The notes under the pieces are model-generated. The model had not been told where the DNA came from. It made no database searches and was given only the letters and a program-made list of their open reading frames with translations. A stretch of DNA of 64,000 nt from an uncultured bacterium (GTDB taxonomy: Bacteria > Chloroflexota > UBA5177 > JANWHV01): positions 888,045 to 952,044 of the forward strand of contig CAWHAE010000012.1 of the NCBI GenBank assembly GCA_963827235.1, read 5' to 3'. The translations under genes were made by a program, and so were the position numbers. Shown here piece after piece: positions 27,675 through 35,615 of the stretch (position 1 is the stretch's first letter; every line of letters begins with the position of its first letter).

Positions 27675-28808
27675 ATGGCCAGCACGGGAACAGTTGAGAT
27701 TCGTCCGGCAGCGGGTCGTGTATACGGCTTCGCCAACCTGATCTTGCTGCTGCTGCTCGCGGTTGCAATCGCCGCCCTATGCACCGTGTATCTCCTGCGC
27801 TACAGGCAATCCGCGGCGCCGGCGTCCCCCGCTCCCGTCCCTTACCTCGCGCTGGTAGTGCAGGACTCCAGTGTTTGGACGGCCGGACCCGGAGTGCAGC
27901 CGGTAGCCAGGCCGAACCCCGGTGTGCCGGGCGTCTGGCGCCTGGTCCGTGCGGCCGGCGACGGCAGCGGCCTGATCGTGGTCTCGCGGCAGTCTGGCAC
28001 GGACAGTCTCTACCTCGTGCGTGCTCTCGATCGCCCGGCCCGGAAGCTGGCCGGGCCTCCACGAGCGTATGGCGTTGGACCCTGGCGCGTAGCGGACGCG
28101 ACCTGGATCGGCTCCACAGATATCATCACGCTATGGAGCGCCGGGAGCTCGTCGGAACGCGACCTGATCGCAACGTACTCCATTGACGAAGCGAGACCAC
28201 ATGCCGAACAGTGGATTCGCTTGCAGGCGGCGGCCGGTCGGGCGGTGTCCCTGTCGCCCGATGGACGGCAGATTGCCCGTATCGAGACGCTGCCCGGCGC
28301 GAGCGGGTTTGCCGGTCAGGTGCAGGTGCGGCTGCGCCAGGTGTCGGGCAGCCGATCGACCATTGCCCTGCGCTACCTGGGCAGCACCGCGCCCTCGGCA
28401 GTGCTGTGGTCGTCCGACGGCGGCACGCTCGCCATCGACGTGCCGGGACAGGGACTCAGCATCCAGAAGTCGAGTGGACGAGCCGTCCATCAGACCTCCA
28501 GCGGATCCCTGCCCGCCGCGTTCAGCCCGCGGGGGGCGGCCATCGTCTATGCGGGCGGCAGCGCCAGATCCATGCGCATCCACGTGCTGAATCTGCACGG
28601 CGAGGTAGAGAACGTGCTGGCCCCTCCAGGCCACGGCTCGCTGCAGGCGCTCGTCTGGACGCCGGACGCCCGCGCCGTGGTCTGCGAGACCGGCGGAGTG
28701 ATCTACCAGATCGATCCCGCTACGGGCGCGGAGCAGAGACTGCCCGGTACCGTGCCGGGCGTGCTGGCCGGAGCAGTCCCGGTGGCGTCCTCCTTGCTGC
28801 GGAAATAG
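27675..28808 (+). CDS. membrane-anchored beta-propeller (TolB/PD40-like) repeat protein
   Basis: ATG at 27675 followed by a TM helix (FANLILLLLLAVAIAALCTVYLL). Repeated SPDGRQIA / WSSDGGTLAI / FSPRGAAIVYA / WTPDARAVV strands suggest PD40/WD40-like blades. The upstream in-frame part from 27153 overlaps pbpA and is Arg-rich. Confidence 0.5.
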   Translation: MASTGTVEIRPAAGRVYGFANLILLLLLAVAIAALCTVYLLRYRQSAAPASPAPVPYLALVVQDSSVWTAGPGVQPVARPNPGVPGVWRLVRAAGDGSGLIVVSRQSGTDSLYLVRALDRPARKLAGPPRAYGVGPWRVADATWIGSTDIITLWSAGSSSERDLIATYSIDEARPHAEQWIRLQAAAGRAVSLSPDGRQIARIETLPGASGFAGQVQVRLRQVSGSRSTIALRYLGSTAPSAVLWSSDGGTLAIDVPGQGLSIQKSSGRAVHQTSSGSLPAAFSPRGAAIVYAGGSARSMRIHVLNLHGEVENVLAPPGHGSLQALVWTPDARAVVCETGGVIYQIDPATGAEQRLPGTVPGVLAGAVPVASSLLRK

Positions 28809-29026
28809 CAGCCTCCAGGCGCCGCTGGCAGGGGACGGGCCGGGTAGCCAGCGCGGTGGGTCGCGGGTGGCACGTTGGATACCGCGACTCTTGGCGGGAG
28901 GCATCCTGTGCCGCGCGCCTGCCACGCACACTCCCGACAAAGGCTATTCAGTGCCGATGGCATTGCCCAACGAGCGGGGCGTGCCATGCAGTCGCCGGTA
29001 ACATGACCATTGAGCGGCTTTCCTCA

Positions 29027-29055
29027 CTGACCTGAGAAAACCGCTGTGGTACAAT
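29027..29055 (+). promoter_or_regulatory. extended -10 promoter for htpX-pspAB
   Basis: CTGACC (29027-29032), a 17-nt spacer, then TGgTACAAT (TG at 29047-29048, TACAAT at 29050-29055). Lies about 57 nt upstream of the htpX ATG. Confidence 0.4.
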
Positions 29056-29111
29056 CCGAATGAACCTGAAGCCGATCTTCGCTGGGGGACTCTCAGCCGG
29101 CTTTTCGACTA

Positions 29112-30050
29112 ATGGCGCCTACCGGCGCGAAGAAGGACCAAACGACAATGGCAGCGAAACGTTGGTATGGGCGAGATACACAGCTCACGCTAAGGATGGG
29201 CTTCACGCTCTTCCTGCTTGCGTTGCTGTACACCGTGTTTCTCGCAGTGTTATTTGTGGCTACCGGCAGCTTTGTCCTCCTCGTGTTCGTGGGTGCTGCG
29301 ATGGTGCTGTTCCAGTACTTTGCCTCCGACAAGCTGGTGCTGCTCAGCACGGGCGCCCACGAGGTTACGCCGGCGCAGGAGCCCGAGCTCTATCGCATCA
29401 TCACGCGGCTCTCGCAGCTGGCAGACTTGCCGACCCCGCGTGTGGCCGTCATGGAGACCATGGTGCCCAACGCCTTCGCGACCGGGCGGAGCCCCAAACA
29501 TGCCGTGATCGCCGTCACTCGCGGCATCACCCAGCTCCTCGATCCGCAGGAGCTGGAGAGCGTGCTGGCCCACGAGATGAGTCACATCAAGAATCGCGAC
29601 ATGATGGTGCTCACCTACGCCAGTCTGTTCGCCAGCGTGGCCTCGTTCATCGTGCAGATAGGTATGTGGACCGGCTTCGGCATGAACGACCGCGACGATC
29701 GGAACGGCAACTCGGCCGCCGTGGTCTTCCTCGTCTCGGCCCTCGTGTGGGCGATCAGCTTCTTCCTGCTGCGGGCCCTGTCGCGCTACCGCGAGTACTC
29801 GGCGGACCGCGGGTCGGTTCTGCTGACCGGCACGCCGGCCACCATGCGCTCGGCCCTGCTCAAAGTGAGCGGCACGATGCAGCGCATACCCAACGCTGAC
29901 CTGCGCACTGCACAATCGATGAACGCCTTCTTCATCGTGCCGCAGGTCAAGAATGCCGCCGTGGAGGTATTCAGCACCCATCCGTCGCTCGAGCATCGCT
30001 TGGCGCGGCTCGAGGCGATGGAGCGGAACATGAACAAGCTGGGCCGGTAG
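29112..30050 (+). CDS. htpX: zinc metalloprotease HtpX (M48 family)
   Basis: 312 aa with N-terminal TM helices, the HEMSH zinc motif (LAHEMSHIKNRD) and a C-terminal STHPSLEHRL. Confidence 0.9.
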   Translation: MAPTGAKKDQTTMAAKRWYGRDTQLTLRMGFTLFLLALLYTVFLAVLFVATGSFVLLVFVGAAMVLFQYFASDKLVLLSTGAHEVTPAQEPELYRIITRLSQLADLPTPRVAVMETMVPNAFATGRSPKHAVIAVTRGITQLLDPQELESVLAHEMSHIKNRDMMVLTYASLFASVASFIVQIGMWTGFGMNDRDDRNGNSAAVVFLVSALVWAISFFLLRALSRYREYSADRGSVLLTGTPATMRSALLKVSGTMQRIPNADLRTAQSMNAFFIVPQVKNAAVEVFSTHPSLEHRLARLEAMERNMNKLGR

Positions 30051-30055
30051 CGCCC

Positions 30056-30628
30056 GTGAGCTTTCTCGACAAGCTTCTGGGTACGACCAAGCCCGTCGCC
30101 TCCAAGACCGAAGGGCTGTTCGCCATCTCGACTGCCGTGGTGACTATCCAGGTGTCGCTGCACCTGGAGCCGAGCAAGGAGGCGGCGATCTGTTTCGGGT
30201 CACTCGAGGCCCTGCGGTTCGAAGAGATGCAGCGGGACATCAAGGACCTGCTGGCCATTCGAGCCAAGGACACCGGCGCCCAATCGCAGATGCGCTCGTT
30301 TTCCGACACGCTGGGATTCCAGTGGGCGATCATCCGGACCGAAGACTTCGAGGATCTCGTGACGACGATCCACATGGTGAGCGAAGAGCTGCGATCGCGC
30401 GGCTACAGCGATCGGCTATCTGCCGCCGTGTTCAAGTTCACCGGCGAGGGCCAGAACGTCTACTGGATGTACAACTACAAGCGCGGCAAGTGGTATCCGT
30501 TCGTGCCGAAGGGCGAGGGCACGCGCGACAACGCCTACGAGCTTCGCCTCTCCACTCTGATGGGCGGCGAGATGCCAATCGAGAAGGAACTCGAATACTG
30601 GTATCCCATGTGGGGCATGCCGGTCTGA
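30056..30628 (+). CDS. PspA-associated protein PspAB-like
   Basis: 190 aa; GTG start 5 nt after the htpX stop. The N-terminal FLDKLLG..KPV....LFAIS pattern and the genomic context match my recollection of the PspAB family. Not searched. Confidence 0.6.
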   Translation: MSFLDKLLGTTKPVASKTEGLFAISTAVVTIQVSLHLEPSKEAAICFGSLEALRFEEMQRDIKDLLAIRAKDTGAQSQMRSFSDTLGFQWAIIRTEDFEDLVTTIHMVSEELRSRGYSDRLSAAVFKFTGEGQNVYWMYNYKRGKWYPFVPKGEGTRDNAYELRLSTLMGGEMPIEKELEYWYPMWGMPV

Positions 30629-30651
30629 CCGCGCGCCGGGGGCGGGAAACA

Positions 30652-30687
30652 GAAGGGGGTGCTGCCCTTGACGGCAGCACCCCCTTC
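30652..30687. terminator. bidirectional hairpin between convergent pspAB and pspAA
   Basis: Perfect 15-bp inverted repeat GAAGGGGGTGCTGCC / GGCAGCACCCCCTTC with a 6-nt loop, 24 nt after the pspAB stop and 23 nt after the pspAA stop. Confidence 0.6.
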
Positions 30688-30709
30688 GCGCTTCAAGCAC
30701 GCGGAGCGG

Positions 30710-30988
30710 TTATCCCGGGATCAGCCCGTCCTCCTTCAGAGTGGCGACAATCTCTTCATACGTGAGGTCGCCGGGCGGGAGGATGGCATCAGAGGGCACG
30801 ATCTCTTCGTCTCTCACCGGACTCCCCTGGGATTGCACGAACGCGATCATCTTGTAGAGCAGGCTGGTCACTGCCTGCTCGTCATGGCGCGTTACCGCGT
30901 CCTGCAGCTGCGTGTCCAGAGCATTGAGCCCATCAACCACCGCGCCCTGCAGCCGGTACTGGCCGCTGCCTTGCACTCGTACTATCAT
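30710..30988 (-). CDS. PspA-associated protein PspAA-like (copy 2)
   Basis: 92 aa. MIVRVQGSGQYRL ... PSDAILPPGDLTYEEIVATLKEDGLIPG matches the recalled PspAA pattern. Paralogous to 31160-31453. Confidence 0.7.
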   Translation of the reverse strand: MIVRVQGSGQYRLQGAVVDGLNALDTQLQDAVTRHDEQAVTSLLYKMIAFVQSQGSPVRDEEIVPSDAILPPGDLTYEEIVATLKEDGLIPG

Positions 30989-31159
30989 CGATGCTGTCCG
31001 CTTTCACTCTCCGTGGGACCTCGAAAGAAGGAGCTTCACCCGGTTGGGCTCATGGCAGATACGGTCCCCACGACACATGTCTCCGGGATTGCACGGCCGG
31101 AGCCCGACCAACCGCCATGCCGGGCCGACTCGCGCGAACTCGATGCCCGGCACGCTCGC

Positions 31160-31453
31160 TCACGAGGCCGGATGGCCCGAGCCAACGAGATCTTCACCTT
31201 CCAGCAGAGCTTGAACCTCTTCGATGGTGATCGTGTCATGCGGCAGCACCGCATCGGACGCCACGAGCTCGGCCAGTCCGACGGGAGTGCCTTTGTGCCG
31301 CACAAGGGCAATCATCTCGTCCAGAAGCCGGTGCGTCCCCACGTCGTCCCTGGCCTCGACCGCGGAATACAGGCTGCGGTCGAGATCGTGCAACGACTGT
31401 TCAGTGCTATCGGAGAGGATATATTGCCCGCTCCCCAGCACTCGCACGATCAT
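31160..31453 (-). CDS. PspA-associated protein PspAA-like (copy 1)
   Basis: 97 aa, MIVRVLGSGQYILSD ... The ATG overlaps the pspA stop in an ATGA (31450-31453). Confidence 0.7.
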   Translation of the reverse strand: MIVRVLGSGQYILSDSTEQSLHDLDRSLYSAVEARDDVGTHRLLDEMIALVRHKGTPVGLAELVASDAVLPHDTITIEEVQALLEGEDLVGSGHPAS

Positions 31454-32199
31454 TGGCCGTTTCCCGTGCTCTGGCCCAGTTGCTTTGGCGGTTCCGCGCC
31501 CTGACCCAGCTGGGCCTTGAGCGCGGCCAGCTCGACGTCGACACTGCTTCCAGCGGATATCTGGTCGAGTTGCGCCTGCAGATCGTCTCCCGGGCCGAGC
31601 ACGTCGGGCAGCGTACCGGCCGCAGTCAGCTCGCCAATCGCGTTGGCGCGCGCCTGCATTGCCGTCGTCTTGTCTTCAGCGCGCTGGATGGCCGCGTTGA
31701 CATCGGCCATCTCCTCGGACAGTCCGCTGGCCGCCTCGCTGATTCTGACCTGGGCTTGGGCCGCGGTATACTGCGCCTTGATGGTCTCTTTTCGGGTCTT
31801 GAAGGACTCGATCTTTGCCGCCAGGCGCTGCTCGCCCTGCTGCAACTGCGCCTGCTGCGCTTCCAGCGTCTCGACCTGAGCCTGCATGCTCGTCACCTGT
31901 GTCTGCAGATCAGACTTCCGTTGCAGCGCCAGACGGGCCAGATCCTCGCGGTTGGCCGCCAGCGCCTGCCGTGCCTGGTTGTCGAACTTCGCGGAGTCCT
32001 GCTGGAGCTTGGTCAGCTGAAGTTGCAGGCGAGACTTCGCAGTGACCACGTCGGCTATGCCGCGGCGCACTTTCTGGAGCTGTTCGATCTGCTGCTCGTA
32101 GGAGTAGTCGAGTGTTTCGTTCGGATTCTCGGCCGCATCGAGAGCGGAGTTCATCTTGGCCTTGAATATCGTCGAGATGCGGCCCAGCACGCCTGCCAT
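31450..32199 (-). CDS. pspA: phage shock protein A (PspA/IM30 family)
   Basis: 249 aa coiled-coil protein. The N-terminus GVLGRISTIFKAKMNSALDAAENPNETLDYSYEQ is typical of PspA. GGGAGG SD 6 nt upstream of the ATG at 32199. Confidence 0.9.
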   Translation of the reverse strand: MAGVLGRISTIFKAKMNSALDAAENPNETLDYSYEQQIEQLQKVRRGIADVVTAKSRLQLQLTKLQQDSAKFDNQARQALAANREDLARLALQRKSDLQTQVTSMQAQVETLEAQQAQLQQGEQRLAAKIESFKTRKETIKAQYTAAQAQVRISEAASGLSEEMADVNAAIQRAEDKTTAMQARANAIGELTAAGTLPDVLGPGDDLQAQLDQISAGSSVDVELAALKAQLGQGAEPPKQLGQSTGNGQ

Positions 32200-32283
32200 C
32201 AGAACCTCCCTGTTGACGCAAGTGACGTCATCACGCCGCGGGACGGCAGCCAAGAATGCGTGGCGCCAGCCTGTGGCCTTCCT

Positions 32284-32310
32284 ACTATAACATTAGTCTA
32301 CCGTCGGTAG
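32284..32310 (-). promoter_or_regulatory. candidate pspA promoter -10 element with adjacent palindrome
   Basis: On the minus strand, TATAGT (complement of 32284-32289) is preceded by the 6-1-6 palindrome CTACCGtCGGTAG (32298-32310), located where a -35/operator would sit. The -35 itself is weak. Confidence 0.3.
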
Positions 32311-32465
32311 AAGAGTGACACGTAGCGCTGCCGGAGAGGCAGGCACCGGCGCGGCGCCGGTATCCAGGCACGCCGGCGGCAGGTCTGGATGCGAAATGCG
32401 TCGATGGAGGCAGCGCCGGTCCGAGACTTGCCGGATATCGCGTGACGGTCTCAACTCGGGGCACA

Positions 32466-32520
32466 GAGAGCCTGCCGACGCGGACGAGGCCCCGACGGGG
32501 CTGCCTGCGCGCAGGCTCTC
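32466..32520 (-). terminator. two-tier hairpin downstream of ssb
   Basis: Outer 10-bp stem GAGAGCCTGC / GCAGGCTCTC enclosing an inner GCCCC-GAC-GGGGC hairpin. Lies 33 nt after the ssb stop. Confidence 0.4.
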
Positions 32521-32552
32521 CGCGCTTCTGCACGGCAGGAACGTGACGGTGC

Positions 32553-32933
32553 TCAGTCGGTCGGCGCGGCTCCATCTGCCTCGATCCCGGCGTCGCGCCG
32601 GCCATCGAAGAACTCGATGTCGCGCTGCAGGAGATCGAGGCTGAATCGTTTCTGCCCGTCGTTTCCGATCCATTCGCGCGCTTCGAGCCGGCCACGCGAC
32701 AGCACCCGACTGCCCTTCTGCAGCCGCTCGCCGATTAGCTCTGCCTGCTTGCCCAGCGCCGTGACGGAGATCCACATCGTGGTCTCGGCCTGCGCCGCGT
32801 CGCTGGCGCTCCGGTTGCGGCCGTTGACCGCCAGCCTGAAGCGGGCCCGAGGTGTGCCGTCCTGCAGGAACGAGATCTCAGGGTCGCTGCCGAGGTTACC
32901 GATGAACTGACAGCTGTTGCCAAGGTCTGCCAT
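32553..32933 (-). CDS. ssb: single-stranded DNA-binding protein paralogue (short, no acidic tip)
   Basis: 126 aa with an OB-fold SSB pattern: NSCQFIGNLGSDPEISFLQDGTPRARFRLAVN ... WISVTALGKQAELIGERLQKGSRVLSRGRLE. ATG at 32933 chosen. Confidence 0.8.
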   Translation of the reverse strand: MADLGNSCQFIGNLGSDPEISFLQDGTPRARFRLAVNGRNRSASDAAQAETTMWISVTALGKQAELIGERLQKGSRVLSRGRLEAREWIGNDGQKRFSLDLLQRDIEFFDGRRDAGIEADGAAPTD

Positions 32934-33173
32934 GGTGCATGCGGGCAATCGATGGACTGCCCGGTTCCTCCCTTCATGTCGCTTACCTACGTGTGACGCT
33001 TCCCGATCGGGGAGTACGGCTGCCGACCTCTCTATAGTAAAACATTTGTTCTAATAAAGCAAGTGGTTTCTCCACCTCTGGTATGTTATGAACTGAGCAC
33101 CACCCTTCAGCGCCGCGGCGATTGGGACGGATTACTGCCATCCGACCCGGCGGCGCCGTCTCGAGGAGGCGCC

Positions 33174-34217
33174 ATGGAAACCATGGATTCAATAGATAAG
33201 CTCATCGTCAATTCCCTTCAGGAAGAGTTTCCCCTCGTCTCGCGGCCATTCGCGGCCGCCGGCGCTCCGCACGGACTGTCCGAAGAGGAGGTCATTGCTC
33301 GTCTGTCGGCCGTTAAAGAGATGAACGTCATCCGCCAGATCAGCGCGATTTTCGATACGCGCACCCTGGGCTATCGCAGCAGCCTGGTAGCCATGCGCAC
33401 GACCGCCGAGGACGAGCTGCATGCCGCGCACGTGCTGAACGAGCATCCAGGAGTCAGCCACAACTACAAGCGCGACCACGAGTTCAACCTGTGGTTCACG
33501 ATTGCCGCTCCCGGTCACAGCTCGCTGGAGCGCACGGTGGAGGTGCTGCACGAGCGAGCCCGGGCCGTATCGACCCGCCGGCTGCCGACCCTACGCCTTT
33601 TCAAGATCGGCGTCACGCTGGACATGACAGGAGAGGAGAACCCAGCCCGCCAGTCGGAGCCTGCCTACGGCGAGTTTCGCCGGCCGGCCACGCCGCCGCC
33701 GCTCGACGAGACCGACATAGCCTGGATTCGCCTGCTGCAAGAGGATCTGCCTTTGACGCCGCGTCCGTTTGAGCAACTCGCACACTCGATTGGGCGCCGC
33801 GAAGATGACCTGTTCGCCTGGGCGGCAGAAGCCATCCGGCGCGGGCAACTACGCCGCATCGCCGCGGTGCTGCATCACCGGAAAGCAGGATTCCGTGCCA
33901 ACGGCATGGCGGTGTGGAAGGTGCCGGAGGACAGGATCGAAGCGGTGGGGAATCGCATGGCGCACTTCACCTCGGTCAGCCACTGCTACCAGCGCCCAAC
34001 CTACCCAGACTGGCCATACAGCGTATTCTCCATGATTCACGCGCGCACCGTGGACGAGTGTGAGGCGGTTGCCGGGGCGATTGCCCAGGAGACGGGGATC
34101 ACCGAGCGCGCCATGCTGTACAGCTCGACTGAATACCGCAAGGTCCGCCTGCGCTATTTCACGCCCGAGTTCGACCAGTGGGAGGCCAAATACCTCGCCG
34201 TGGCCGCGCCGGCCTAG
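33174..34217 (+). CDS. fused siroheme decarboxylase-like protein (AhbA/AhbB or NirD/NirL type, two AsnC-like halves)
   Basis: 347 aa. Two tandem repeats of the pattern D..D..L...LQEDFPL..RPF followed by VSHNYKR / VSHCYQR. GAGGAGG SD at 33163-33169. Confidence 0.78.
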   Translation: METMDSIDKLIVNSLQEEFPLVSRPFAAAGAPHGLSEEEVIARLSAVKEMNVIRQISAIFDTRTLGYRSSLVAMRTTAEDELHAAHVLNEHPGVSHNYKRDHEFNLWFTIAAPGHSSLERTVEVLHERARAVSTRRLPTLRLFKIGVTLDMTGEENPARQSEPAYGEFRRPATPPPLDETDIAWIRLLQEDLPLTPRPFEQLAHSIGRREDDLFAWAAEAIRRGQLRRIAAVLHHRKAGFRANGMAVWKVPEDRIEAVGNRMAHFTSVSHCYQRPTYPDWPYSVFSMIHARTVDECEAVAGAIAQETGITERAMLYSSTEYRKVRLRYFTPEFDQWEAKYLAVAAPA

Positions 34218-34233
34218 GCCCGGCCGATCTGCC

Positions 34234-34947
34234 CTAGCCGCCGCGCTCGACGGCAGCTACGGCAAGCACGGCCGCGTAGACGCGCCGAGCGCCGGATCGG
34301 CGCAATGCTTCCGCGGCTGCACGAAGCGTAGCACCCGTGGTGCACACGTCGTCCACGAGAAGGAAGTCTTTGCCGGCGCAAGATGCCGCATCGGCCGCGA
34401 AGGCGCCCTGTATGTTGCGTGCCCGCTCCTCGGCGCTCAGACCGACCTGCGGCGGCGTGGGCTTGACGCGCCGCAGTACGGACTCCGCCGTCGGCATGTG
34501 GTATCCGGCGCCCACGGCTCGGGCAAGCAGAGCCGCCTGATTGTAGCCGCGTTGACGCTGGCGACGGGGATGGAGCGGGACCGGCACGAGGATGGGGTTC
34601 ATGGACACGAAGGGACCGACGGCCCTGTCGAGCACGCGGCCGAGATCGTGCTCTGCCGCCCTCCTGCCACCATACTTGAAGCGGTGGATGGCGGCGCGCA
34701 GCGGATTGTCATACGTGCCTGCCGCCCTGACATAGAGCAGGGCCTGGCGACGGCACCTGCATACAGGATAGTCGGGATCGACCGTCATTCCGCAGCCCGG
34801 GCAGAGCGGATCGTCGAGGCGCGGCGTGGCAGCCAGACAGGCCGGACAGAAGAACGAGCCCAAGTCGCCGCAGCCGAGACAGCGAGGCGGAAACAGCAGG
34901 TCGGCCACGGCTTTCAGCGGACCCACCGGCGTCGCTCTCCCGATCAT
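34234..34947 (-). CDS. ComF family phosphoribosyltransferase-domain protein
   Basis: 237 aa with N-terminal zinc-finger-like CLGC...CPAC...CPGC and the C-terminal PRTase motif FLLVDDVCTTGATL. ATG at 34947; the longer ORF to 35361 overlaps the DUF192 gene. Confidence 0.85.
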   Translation of the reverse strand: MIGRATPVGPLKAVADLLFPPRCLGCGDLGSFFCPACLAATPRLDDPLCPGCGMTVDPDYPVCRCRRQALLYVRAAGTYDNPLRAAIHRFKYGGRRAAEHDLGRVLDRAVGPFVSMNPILVPVPLHPRRQRQRGYNQAALLARAVGAGYHMPTAESVLRRVKPTPPQVGLSAEERARNIQGAFAADAASCAGKDFLLVDDVCTTGATLRAAAEALRRSGARRVYAAVLAVAAVERGG

Positions 34948-34994
34948 CGCATTACGCGGGCCCGCCCCGTCCCGGGTGGGCCCGCAGCCGATCG

Positions 34995-35351
34995 CTAGAT
35001 ATCCTCCAGCACGATCACGTCGCCCTCGACCGTGCCGGTACGCGCGGCCGTTCCGGCGGGCACCTCGATGGCCATCCGGCACTTGCGCACGAACGGTCCC
35101 AGCCGCCAGGGTTTGATGCCGTGCAGCACGCGAAGTACCTTGCCCTGCCCGTCCGTGTGCACGACGTCCAGCGCGAAGCGCATGAAGAACATGTGGATCG
35201 GCTCGCCGGACAGGATAACCATTCCGCCGCCCTCGGGCAGGCTCTTCCTCAACATGAGGCCCGCGAACTTGGCGAAGAAGCTCGATGCGACTTCGGCGTC
35301 CGTGGCAAGGCATGTCCCGCGCGTGCTGTTCACGATCTTCACGTGTGCCAT
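34995..35351 (-). CDS. DUF192 domain protein
   Basis: 118 aa. The GLMLRKSLPEGGGMV..PIHMFFMRFALDVV pattern is typical of DUF192 as recalled. Confidence 0.75.
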   Translation of the reverse strand: MAHVKIVNSTRGTCLATDAEVASSFFAKFAGLMLRKSLPEGGGMVILSGEPIHMFFMRFALDVVHTDGQGKVLRVLHGIKPWRLGPFVRKCRMAIEVPAGTAARTGTVEGDVIVLEDI

Positions 35352-35580
35352 GCGCCGTCACCTACTCCCCGCGCTGCCGGGCCGGAGAATCCCGGAGAGG
35401 CGCGGCCACTGTCGAGCTCGCGCAGGAACACCCCTCCGTCACAACAACCTGTAGCATAGCACGCCATCACCGCAACGCGACTTGTCTCCCGGCATACCGC
35501 CGCCTTTACCTGTATCCAGGGAGCGCGCATCCCCGATGTTGAGCATGCTCTCGACTCGGCCTTCGCCGCACAGGGGGGCA

Positions 35581-35609
35581 TTGTCAATCCGACTGGGTTG
35601 TGCTACAAG
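35581..35609 (+). promoter_or_regulatory. candidate promoter giving a leaderless vapB transcript
   Basis: TTGTCA (35581-35586), a 17-nt spacer, then TACAAG (35604-35609). The A of the vapB ATG (35616) lies 7 nt after the -10, and no SD is present. Confidence 0.4.
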
Positions 35610-35615
35610 TAATAC

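Noticed and set aside
34948-35361. A single 375-aa ORF (34234-35361) read as one gene.
   Set aside because: Its N-terminal 138 aa are Arg/Gly-rich and overlap the well-formed DUF192 ORF in another frame. ComF-type motifs begin only after the internal ATG at 34947.
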